Source: Candidatus Delongbacteria bacterium (GTDB taxonomy: Bacteria > CAIWAD01). Taken from it: 64,000 nucleotides of DNA. Positions 1 through 7,556 of this stretch are shown here, piece after piece. The position numbers and the translations under genes were made by a program. Every line of letters begins with the position of its first letter. Position 1 is the stretch's first letter. The notes below the pieces were generated by a model, which searched no databases, was not told where the DNA came from, and saw only the letters and a list, made by a program, of their open reading frames with translations. Location: NCBI GenBank assembly GCA_963663545.1, contig OY760505.1:2304001-2368000 (forward strand), in the 5' to 3' direction.

Positions 1-294
1 CAGCAGTGCTTCACCATTTGTATCACACACGTGGACACTGCGAATGCTCTCGATAACCGTGGTCTTCTGCACGATATCGGTCATTGCGGTTGAGTCCTGG
101 AACACCACTGGCAGCACAAGGTATTCGGCCAGCAGATTGGTCTGCAGCTGAATATCCTCCAGGAACTGCTTCTTGCCATAAGCAGTGCTCTCGACGAACA
201 GGGCGATAGCACCAACAAGCATTACAATGGCCGAGGTGGCGACAGTGAGAATTGCGATGGTATGCTTGATGGAGAGTCGCTGCAGCCACTTCAT
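1..294 (-). CDS. Membrane sensor protein N-terminus (TM + CHASE8-like periplasmic domain; YfiN-like cyclase or histidine kinase), runs off the window
   Basis: Manually translated MKWLQRLSIKHTIAILTVATSAIVMLVGAIALFVES...LVLPVVFQDSTAM...VHVCDTNGEALL; starts 2 nt after the yfiR-like stop; absent from the ORF track because truncated. Confidence 0.7.
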   Translation of the reverse strand, partial: MKWLQRLSIKHTIAILTVATSAIVMLVGAIALFVESTAYGKKQFLEDIQLQTNLLAEYLVLPVVFQDSTAMTDIVQKTTVIESIRSVHVCDTNGEALL

Positions 295-295
295 C

Positions 296-859
296 TCAGT
301 TTCCAATCACCTTGTCGGCCAGCTGTACCAAGCGAAAATCAATCGTCAGCTGCGAGGACTGAATCGCCCGGTAGTTGGCATCAAAACGAATGCGATGCTC
401 AACGAGCTTCAGCCCGAAATGTGATCCAAGGCGCACACGCTCGGAGTAGGCGTCAATGACCAGCGTTCGGTCCTCATCGATCTGTTGGATGAAACGTTCG
501 ACGTAGCTGTCAATGGGATGATCGATGTAGAGCAGATTGCAGGCAGCGGCTTGTTTGTAGCTGCTTACCGCGATAACGTGGACGGGCAGCGATTGGATAC
601 TCGTTTCCGCCAACAAGCTCTGAAACACCTCGACCATGTTCTCATCGCCAAGCACGCCCAGGACGAAGTGCTGCTGATCGCTGGAGCCAGCGCTGTCCAG
701 ATCCCACTGCACAAACAGACACATCTTGATGACGAAAAGCGCTTTCAGCGTATCTTCATCCGGCGTCGCCTGGGTTGCTCCAACACTCGAACAGACGAGC
801 AGGAGCAGGCTCATCATCAAGTGCGCGACGGCGTTCTTTGTACGCGGAAACAGCTGCAT
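296..859 (-). CDS. YfiR/HmsC family (DUF4154) periplasmic protein
   Basis: Signal peptide, E.TLKALFVIKMCLFVQW, C.LLYI and IRFDANYRAIQSSQLTIDFRLVQLA motifs; ATG at 859 just after the receptor stop. Confidence 0.85.
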   Translation of the reverse strand: MQLFPRTKNAVAHLMMSLLLLVCSSVGATQATPDEDTLKALFVIKMCLFVQWDLDSAGSSDQQHFVLGVLGDENMVEVFQSLLAETSIQSLPVHVIAVSSYKQAAACNLLYIDHPIDSYVERFIQQIDEDRTLVIDAYSERVRLGSHFGLKLVEHRIRFDANYRAIQSSQLTIDFRLVQLADKVIGN

Positions 860-861
860 GC

Positions 862-3189
862 TTAGAATTTCAGGGAAAGGCACAGGCCAAGGGAAAGCGG
901 TTCCTTAATGAAGCCGCATTGCCGTGGATACTGGCGCAGGTTTCCCGATTCCCAGTATTGAATGATGTAGCGCACGTGATTCACGCTGAACACGTTCATG
1001 GCGTACAGGGCAAGGCTGTAGTCCACGTGCGCATGCGTGTTGGCGTAGCTGAGTTGCAGGTTGCTGGTGAAGGAGGGGCGCGTGTAGCCCTCGTCGCGCA
1101 GTTCGTCGTAGATGGCTTGCATCCACGCTTGTTGCTCGGCGGTGCCGGAGCTGCGATGGGCGTCCATGAATTTGTCCAGCATCTCGCTTTGCCCGTAGTC
1201 CCAGAAACATCTTCCATTGAGGTGCAAGCTGAAGTGTTTGCTCAGGTTGTAATTTGAGAAGAATTTGAGCGCGTGGCCGGGCAGGTTGTTCATGCGCGAC
1301 TCAGCGAAATCCGGCAGAAAGACATCGAGGGAATCTGCGCCCATGCCGCTCAGATAGGCTTCGGTGTTCGCTGTCGGGCTCCAGGAAAGCTGATGAATGT
1401 AGGAGTAGTTCAGCCCGAAATAGAGTTGTGGTACCGAGTAGATGCCTTCCAGCTCTACGCCTGCATTTTCGAAAGTGCCTACGCGTCCGGCCGCCTGCGT
1501 CGTGCCAAGCCAGGAGACTTGCGCCACTTTGTTGTAGTAGCTGGTGGCGTTCACTTGAATACGGTCGCGAATGAAGCGCGTGTAGGAGGCCTCCAGCCCG
1601 GCGATGCGCTCGGTCTCCGCAGGCTGATCCGAAATCCTGTCCTGCGAATAGAGATTGGCGAACAGGGGCAGGCGAACCGAGTTTTGCGCTACCAGCCGCA
1701 AATGGTCGTGTTCGCTAAGCTGTGCCATTAGCGCGATGCGCGGCGAAAATGCTGGATCGGAGAATTCATGCTTGTCTGCGCGTGCCGAAATCAGCGCCAC
1801 AAGCTTTTTGCTCAGGCGCACATTGACTTCGCCGAAGGCCGCCGTCTGGTAGCCGTCAATGCGCTCTTCGGCGACCGTGATCGTGGTGGAGTCGTGCAGC
1901 CGCTGATAGAACTGCGAGCTCTCTTCCAACACCGTGTAGCCGAGTGGACTCTGGAATCGATAGAGGAAGGTATTGTCGTCTTCGCCCCATTCCGGCCCGT
2001 ACCATTGGTACTCGGCCTCGACGCCGAGCGAATATTTGATCCGCCTGTGTCGCTGAGAGCTGAACAGGCTCTGGAAGAAGAGGCTGTTTTCGCTGAAGCT
2101 GGCGCTGCGCTGTAGGATGTGATCGTGCGGATAATCGAGTCTGAACACTCCTGCCACATCGCGATAACTCTTGCTGTCGAAGCTCAGGGTGTTGCGTAGT
2201 TCCAGATGCTGACCCGGGTTGGCGCTGTGCCCCGCCGTCAGTGCAAGGCTCTGGCCCTGAATACCGGTGAAGCCGGGTCCGTCGGCAAACACGGTTTCCT
2301 GAATCTGCTTAGTATGGCTGAAGGAGGTGTAGCGCAACCAGCCGAAGAGCTTCTCGTGCTGAAAATCCAGATTCAGCTTGAGTTGCGGCTGCGCGTCAAA
2401 GTCCTCCAGTGTGTTGGGAGCTGCGCTTCCCCTGTCGTTCTCACCCCAGTCGACGTCCATGTAGCCGTAGCCGCAGTTCTCGCCCCAACAGACGTAGTAG
2501 AAGTCCGGATCTTCGATGCCGCGACTGCGACTGTATGAGGCATTGGCGTGCACTTGCAGAGGCGCTTTTTCGCTTTGGTACTCCACGAAGACATTGGTGT
2601 AGCGATAGCCCAGGTTTTGCTGGGTGCGAACGCGCACTCCAGGTTGGATGCTGGCCGCTGTTCGTGTTTTGATATTGATCACGCCGCCAATAGCGCCGGG
2701 GCCGTAGGTGACGGAGCCGGGGCCGCGAATGATTTCGATCTCCTCGATGTCATTCAATTCCCTGTTTTCAAGCTCATATTGCGGACCCTGCAGCATGCGC
2801 AGGTTCATGTTGCGGCCATTCACCAGCAGCAGGAAGCTGTAGTTCTGGTCGCCCAGAATGCCGCGAAAGCCGATGCGCGGACCCATGTAGTGATCGACGT
2901 AGGTGGCGCCGGGAACGTAAATCTCGATCAGATCCAGCAGATTCCGCGCGGGCGTTGTGCGAATCATTTCGCGAGTGATTACCGTGTGGGCGACGGGGGC
3001 GTCGATGCGTTGTGTGCCTGTAATCGAGCCGGTGTAGACTTCGACTTCCATCAGGTCTTCGAGAGAGAGAGACAAGAGGCTGTCCGGCAGTTCGTTTGCC
3101 CGAAGAGTACTCGTGATACAGCCAAGGAGAAGCGCAACAAGCAGGATGCAGTGCAAGCGGGCGGCGCGCATGGGGCGAAATCGCGGCAT
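862..3189 (-). CDS. TonB-dependent outer-membrane receptor (plug + barrel)
   Basis: LSLSLEDLMEVEV N-terminus, plug motif IEEIEIIRGPGSVTYGPGAIGGVINIKT, C-terminal Phe; ATG 3189 preceded by GGAGG. Confidence 0.9.
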   Translation of the reverse strand: MPRFRPMRAARLHCILLVALLLGCITSTLRANELPDSLLSLSLEDLMEVEVYTGSITGTQRIDAPVAHTVITREMIRTTPARNLLDLIEIYVPGATYVDHYMGPRIGFRGILGDQNYSFLLLVNGRNMNLRMLQGPQYELENRELNDIEEIEIIRGPGSVTYGPGAIGGVINIKTRTAASIQPGVRVRTQQNLGYRYTNVFVEYQSEKAPLQVHANASYSRSRGIEDPDFYYVCWGENCGYGYMDVDWGENDRGSAAPNTLEDFDAQPQLKLNLDFQHEKLFGWLRYTSFSHTKQIQETVFADGPGFTGIQGQSLALTAGHSANPGQHLELRNTLSFDSKSYRDVAGVFRLDYPHDHILQRSASFSENSLFFQSLFSSQRHRRIKYSLGVEAEYQWYGPEWGEDDNTFLYRFQSPLGYTVLEESSQFYQRLHDSTTITVAEERIDGYQTAAFGEVNVRLSKKLVALISARADKHEFSDPAFSPRIALMAQLSEHDHLRLVAQNSVRLPLFANLYSQDRISDQPAETERIAGLEASYTRFIRDRIQVNATSYYNKVAQVSWLGTTQAAGRVGTFENAGVELEGIYSVPQLYFGLNYSYIHQLSWSPTANTEAYLSGMGADSLDVFLPDFAESRMNNLPGHALKFFSNYNLSKHFSLHLNGRCFWDYGQSEMLDKFMDAHRSSGTAEQQAWMQAIYDELRDEGYTRPSFTSNLQLSYANTHAHVDYSLALYAMNVFSVNHVRYIIQYWESGNLRQYPRQCGFIKEPLSLGLCLSLKF

Positions 3190-3341
3190 GGTGCCTCCGT
3201 AAACTCGGGATAGCAGAGCCGTTTCCCAGGGCAAGAGTATCGGTGTTTTTGCGGGCCAACCAAAGGCAAAAGGCCGGTTTCTTGCAGATTGAGTGCTGAA
3301 GAGGAAATGGTGTTCGCGCGATAGGGAGCGGGTTTTTGTTG

Positions 3342-3387
3342 TGAACCGAATTGGTTGAAAATGAGGCGATTCAACCAAAAGGGTTGA
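3342..3387. repeat. Left 46-bp inverted repeat: two tandem TCAACC-N5-GGTTGA palindromes
   Basis: tgaacc-gaatt-ggttga (3342-3358) and tcaacc-aaaag-ggttga (3371-3387); 33/46 identical to the reverse complement of 4841-4886. Confidence 0.75.
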
Positions 3388-3412
3388 ATTTCTTCGGGGA
3401 CACTCGTATTAT
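3384..3412 (+). promoter_or_regulatory. Sigma70-type promoter for satD, probably giving a leaderless mRNA
   Basis: TTGAAT (3384-3389), 17 bp, TATTAT (3407-3412); ATG at 3419 is 7 nt after the -10 box with no SD; the -35 box overlaps the palindrome. Confidence 0.6.
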
Positions 3413-3418
3413 CAACAC

Positions 3419-4057
3419 ATGAATTTCATCGGAATCATTGCGGACATTGCTGCCTCCCGCATTGTGAGTGCGCGCTCGCAGTTGCAGGAGAAACTCTATC
3501 ACACCCTAGAGGAGATCAACAATCGCAGGGGTTTGGCACTGGCGTCGCCCTTCACTATCACTTTGGGAGACGAGTTCCAGGCGCTGTATAGAGCCCCTGC
3601 AGGGCTTTTTGCCGACCTGTGGAAGATCTCTGCAAGCTTGCACCCGGTGAAGATTCGGTACTCTGTTGCAGCGGGTTCCTTATCGACTGCTGTCAACGAA
3701 GAGCAGGCTCTGGGCATGGATGGCCCCGTTTTTTATACCGCACGTGATTGCCTTGCAGTGGCGAAAGAGCAGAAGCTCATGTTCCACCTGGGGGGGAAGA
3801 TTCCCTCTCTGGACTTGATCAATGACGCCCTTGGGTTGGTTGCCCATCATGCTCGAAACTGGAGTGGTAATCGTCTGGCAATCGTGGCGGATTTGAGCGA
3901 AGGCAAGCCAGTAAAGGAGATTGCTCAAGCAATAGGAATCTCTGAGAGCGCTGTCTATAAAAACATCAACGCTGCTGCTTTAGATACAGTAGTAGCCTTG
4001 ACGCGCGGCATCGAGAGCAGTCTGAATCAGGCCTTGGAGAACAGCGAAAGATGCTGA
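3419..4057 (+). CDS. satD: SatD family protein with C-terminal HTH
   Basis: IIADIAASR and TLGDEFQ motifs, MDGPVFY.AR, C-terminal VKEIAQAIGISESAVYKNI HTH. Confidence 0.85.
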   Translation: MNFIGIIADIAASRIVSARSQLQEKLYHTLEEINNRRGLALASPFTITLGDEFQALYRAPAGLFADLWKISASLHPVKIRYSVAAGSLSTAVNEEQALGMDGPVFYTARDCLAVAKEQKLMFHLGGKIPSLDLINDALGLVAHHARNWSGNRLAIVADLSEGKPVKEIAQAIGISESAVYKNINAAALDTVVALTRGIESSLNQALENSERC

Positions 4058-4821
4058 TTTTCCTATATCTACTTAATGTCCTGCTTCTTTCACGGGCAGT
4101 TTGGATTTTTGCCGACGGTCCGGTTCGATTTCCGGTGATGATTGTCGGAGCTACTTTTCAGCTGCTCGCCCTACTCCCGCTCCAGATAAACTGGACTACT
4201 GTTCCGTTGCTGGTGGGTGGACTGTTGCTCAATCTGCTCAGCTTTGTATTGGACGGACGCCTGCATGAGCCGGGTCATCGCACCTTTGCACGCATAGTAA
4301 TTCTGGTTTGCTGGCTACTTCTGCTAGCGCTAGTCTGTTCAAATCGGTTTGACCTTGCTTTTAGTTTCTGGGCTTTACGGGTTGTTGATGGGCTGATCGC
4401 TGCGTTCGATGGATTGGGGCAGGTCGATAGCCAGTGCCTTCAAGCACTGCTTGGCTGTTCCGCCGGAGTTCTTCTTGCCGTTGCGGAATCGCACGTGGTG
4501 ATTCGCTTCTTCTTTCACGCTCTACAAGTGAAGCCGACGATGCAGATCGGTGATGATTCCACTGCTCCGTCGATCGACCAGGTGGAATACAATCGCGGCA
4601 GAGTGATCGGCGCCCTGGAGCGGATTCTCTGCTATTTCCTTGTGCTACAAGGTGCCTATAGTGCACTGGGTTTCTTGATTGCTGCCAAAGGCATGACCAG
4701 ATTCAAGCAGCTCGACAATCGCGAGTTTGCAGAGTACTTCCTGATCGGGACCTTGCTTTCCGTTCTGCTTGCCGGTATGGTTGCCTTATTGGTTCGCAGC
4801 CTACTCGGGTTCTTGCACTAA
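4051..4821 (+). CDS. DUF3307-like multi-pass membrane protein (usual SatD partner)
   Basis: Several TM segments; GRVIGALER...GFLIAAKGMTRF...AEYFLIGTLLS; overlaps the satD stop. Confidence 0.8.
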   Translation: MLIFLYLLNVLLLSRAVWIFADGPVRFPVMIVGATFQLLALLPLQINWTTVPLLVGGLLLNLLSFVLDGRLHEPGHRTFARIVILVCWLLLLALVCSNRFDLAFSFWALRVVDGLIAAFDGLGQVDSQCLQALLGCSAGVLLAVAESHVVIRFFFHALQVKPTMQIGDDSTAPSIDQVEYNRGRVIGALERILCYFLVLQGAYSALGFLIAAKGMTRFKQLDNREFAEYFLIGTLLSVLLAGMVALLVRSLLGFLH

Positions 4822-4840
4822 GGCAGAGAGGATTGACTAG

Positions 4841-4886
4841 TCAACCACTTCAGGTAAAACAGCGCATCTTCAACCGATTCGGTTGA
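4841..4886. repeat. Right 46-bp inverted repeat (one degenerate and one perfect TCAACC-N5-GGTTGA)
   Basis: tcaacc at 4841 and tcaacc-gattc-ggttga at 4870-4886; same 29-bp period as the left copy. Confidence 0.75.
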
Positions 4887-5039
4887 GATTGTAGTGCGTC
4901 GCGTACGGGTACACAACGACGGCATTCAACATGAACGCTTTGCAGCAAACCCTCACTTTCCTGCTTCTTCTTTTCGCCGCCTGCACCGCGCACCGCATCC
5001 CGCTGGGAGCGACTAAACTCAGCCGACATGGAGGGGAAA

Positions 5040-5537
5040 ATGGACGACTTCGGCAGCCTGCGCTTTCGCCCCTTTGAGGAAAGCGATGTGGCTGTGTTTA
5101 CGCCACTTATGAAACGTGCGTTCGACGACGACACACAGCGGCATCTGGGCGAAGCGGTCGGCGGCCCTCCCGGCTACGACAACGGCGACTTCCTGCGCAA
5201 CTACGCTCTGCACCAGGCCAGCACAGCCTTTGCCGTATATCATGAGCAAGAGCCGCTGGGAGTAGTGATTGTCTGGATCCGCCCTGATGACGAGAATTTT
5301 CTGGGCTGCCTTTTTGTCGATCCGGACTTTGGTGGCCGAGGCTTTGGCCTTGCCATCTGGCGCTTCGTTGAGGCCCGTTTTCCGCAGACGCGCGTCTGGC
5401 GAACCGAGACGCCGGGCTTTTCCACCAGCAATCACGCCTTCTACGTGAACAAGTGCGGCTTTCACATCGTGAAGATCGAGCACGCGCGCGACCGGCGTGA
5501 GGCGAGTTATCTCATGGAAAAACAAATGAACAAATGA
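5040..5537 (+). CDS. GNAT family N-acetyltransferase
   Basis: LFVDPDFGGRGFG acetyl-CoA motif, NHAFYVNKCGF; GGAGGGG SD before ATG 5040 (alternative start 5028). Confidence 0.85.
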   Translation: MDDFGSLRFRPFEESDVAVFTPLMKRAFDDDTQRHLGEAVGGPPGYDNGDFLRNYALHQASTAFAVYHEQEPLGVVIVWIRPDDENFLGCLFVDPDFGGRGFGLAIWRFVEARFPQTRVWRTETPGFSTSNHAFYVNKCGFHIVKIEHARDRREASYLMEKQMNK

Positions 5538-5621
5538 GGCGCGGAGTTCAGGTCAGACCAAGACGGCGACCTGTTATCGTCGGCCCGAAAGAGAAGCATC
5601 AAGCAGAACAAGGGAGGTATT

Positions 5622-5801
5622 ATGTTGGCAGAACTGATCGGCCACAATGTTGAAGTGTACTGCAGCGCCTTGAGTATTTTCGCCCTGCCGGTAGATGGAG
5701 TGGTGGAGGCGCAGTCCGCTGAATGGCTGACCTTGCGTCGTGGCAAGAAGACCGAATTGCTGCGTGTTGACAAGATCATCCGGATTCGAGTGCTCAGTTA
5801 A
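5622..5801 (+). CDS. 59-aa small protein, beta-rich Sm/LSm-like pattern
   Basis: MLAELIGHNVEVYCSALSIFALPVDGVVEAQSAEWLTLRRGKKTELLRVDKIIRIRVLS; strong AGGGAGGT SD; below the ORF-track cutoff. Confidence 0.65.
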   Translation: MLAELIGHNVEVYCSALSIFALPVDGVVEAQSAEWLTLRRGKKTELLRVDKIIRIRVLS

Positions 5802-5874
5802 GCGCCTGAGGATCCGAGAACTCCTGCCGCTTCTTTGCCGATAGTAGGAGTTCACTGAATCGACAGGAGTCCAC

Positions 5875-6492
5875 ATGAGCACCCTTCTCAACGCCACCAG
5901 CCAGATCGATGAGGCCGCTCTGCGCGCCATCGCCCACATGCCCACGAAGAGCGTGGCGACTCTGGCGGACGAGGCCTTTCTGCGCAAGCTGAGCGACGCC
6001 GATTTTATGCGCATTGCCGTACTGCTGGCGCAAAAGAGCTACGACGAAGGCGGCTGTCCCATTGGTGCGGTAATCGTCGACAACGAGACCCGCTGCATCG
6101 TGGGCAAAGGACACAACACGCTGGTGCAGGAATCCCACCCCTACAACCACGGCGAGACCTCGGCGATCCGCGACGCTGGCCGTCAGGACTTCAGCCGCAC
6201 CACCATCTTCACCAGCCTGAGTCCCTGCGATGTTTGCGCCACCCTTATCTACATGCGCGGGTTCGCGCGCGTCGTCGTGGGCGATGTCACCAGCGCGTCC
6301 GGCAACGAAAGCCTGCTGCGTGAAAAGGGCATTCGTGTGGACATTCTCGAGGACGCGCACGGCATCGAACTCTACGCCCGCTATCGCAGCGAAAAGCCCG
6401 AGTTGGATCTGGAAGACTGGCGCGGGCTGAGTGCAGTGTGTCCTTCTGACAAGGGAGAGACAGCTTGCACCAATACCAGGGAAATCGCATGA
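5875..6492 (+). CDS. Nucleoside/cytosine deaminase (CDA fold)
   Basis: PIGAVIV, HGE and SPCDVC zinc motifs; AGGAG SD. Confidence 0.9.
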   Translation: MSTLLNATSQIDEAALRAIAHMPTKSVATLADEAFLRKLSDADFMRIAVLLAQKSYDEGGCPIGAVIVDNETRCIVGKGHNTLVQESHPYNHGETSAIRDAGRQDFSRTTIFTSLSPCDVCATLIYMRGFARVVVGDVTSASGNESLLREKGIRVDILEDAHGIELYARYRSEKPELDLEDWRGLSAVCPSDKGETACTNTREIA

Positions 6493-6959
6493 AGAATGCA
6501 ATCAAGTTTTTGTTTCCGCTGCTCTTGGCTTTTGTAACAAGTGTGACCTTTGCCACGCCGCGCCAGCTGAATTCCTTTACCGAATTGCTGGACGCGCTAT
6601 CCGGCGGCGAAAGCGTGCGCGTGGTCATTCACTACGGCGACTGCACGCTGATGCTGGATGGCGAAGAGGTCGAAGCGCCCGACGCCATTGGCGGCATGGA
6701 GATCGGCAACTTCGAGTACTTCGCGCCGGGCTTTGCGGGCATGGAGCAAGGCTGGCTCAGTTTCAGCAGCACCAGTCTGGTCCAAATGAAGGACACGGTC
6801 TACAACTACGTCAAGTTTCGCGTATACGATGACGGCCGCGTGCACATCGTCGCCCGTTACCTGAAGCCGCGCAATTACAAAATTGTAATGAACGAGACCT
6901 TCCTGACGACCATCAACAACGGAGCCAACGATGGCGCGATCCGCTTCTTCCTGCCATAG
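6489..6959 (+). CDS. VirK-like secreted protein
   Basis: Signal peptide; LNSFTELLDALSGGESVRVVIHYGDC...YVKFRVYDDGRV pattern; ATGA overlap with the deaminase stop. Confidence 0.65.
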   Translation: MKNAIKFLFPLLLAFVTSVTFATPRQLNSFTELLDALSGGESVRVVIHYGDCTLMLDGEEVEAPDAIGGMEIGNFEYFAPGFAGMEQGWLSFSSTSLVQMKDTVYNYVKFRVYDDGRVHIVARYLKPRNYKIVMNETFLTTINNGANDGAIRFFLP

Positions 6960-7362
6960 CGCACTTCTACTGGGCTTGCTAATTCTGCTTGGCGCCTGCG
7001 GTAAAACGCCCGATTCTGCTGGCACGCAGAGCTCGCCCGAGCAGGTGACAATTCAAGCTTTCGATTTCAGCGGCGAGTGGACCACAACCCTTCCCGCTGC
7101 GGATAGCGCTGGTCGCATTCTCTACCTCAGCTTGAGCGAAGGTGGAGATCTGCGTCTGCTGGTGGACTACCAGAACGATCAGGATCCCGTTGAGGAGCTG
7201 GGTAGCTGGAAGCAGGATAGCGAGCGAAGCTGTTCTTTGCAATTGGGCGAGACGCCGTGTAACTACATGATTCTCGAGGCGCACGGAGACAGCTTGGTTG
7301 TTGTGGATCGCAACCCGGTGAATTGGGGAAGCAGCCCATTTAGCTTTGTGCGTCAGAAATAA
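6931..7362 (+). CDS. Lipoprotein with NlpE N-terminal-like domain
   Basis: Lipobox LGAC; GEWTTTLPAADSAG...L.L...Y...E.GSW. Confidence 0.6.
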   Translation: MARSASSCHSALLLGLLILLGACGKTPDSAGTQSSPEQVTIQAFDFSGEWTTTLPAADSAGRILYLSLSEGGDLRLLVDYQNDQDPVEELGSWKQDSERSCSLQLGETPCNYMILEAHGDSLVVVDRNPVNWGSSPFSFVRQK

Positions 7363-7453
7363 CACATAGTTGTCGCTTGATTTCTGTTCAGGATCGGGCG
7401 CAGAGAACTCCCGAAGTCCGTCTTAACAAAGAGTAACGCATTAATTCTATATG

Positions 7454-7487
7454 AAATGGGAGCCAGCTTTGAGCTGGCTTCATTTTT
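7454..7487 (+). terminator. Intrinsic terminator-like hairpin
   Basis: gagccagct-ttg-agctggctt stem followed by cattttt. Confidence 0.55.
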
Positions 7488-7556
7488 GCAAAGTCGGGGC
7501 GAACCTTCAGCCCGTCAGGGCTTTCCATGAGTGAACCGACAAGCAAGGAAAGCTGC

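Noticed and set aside
3342..4886. Insertion sequence or transposon call for the satD cassette
   Set aside because: No transposase or integrase and no target-site duplication; kept only as repeats and a finding
5535..5622. GNAT TGA stop in frame with the downstream small ORF (readthrough or selenocysteine)
   Set aside because: The GNAT domain is complete, the small ORF has its own strong SD, and no convincing SECIS or catalytic context was seen
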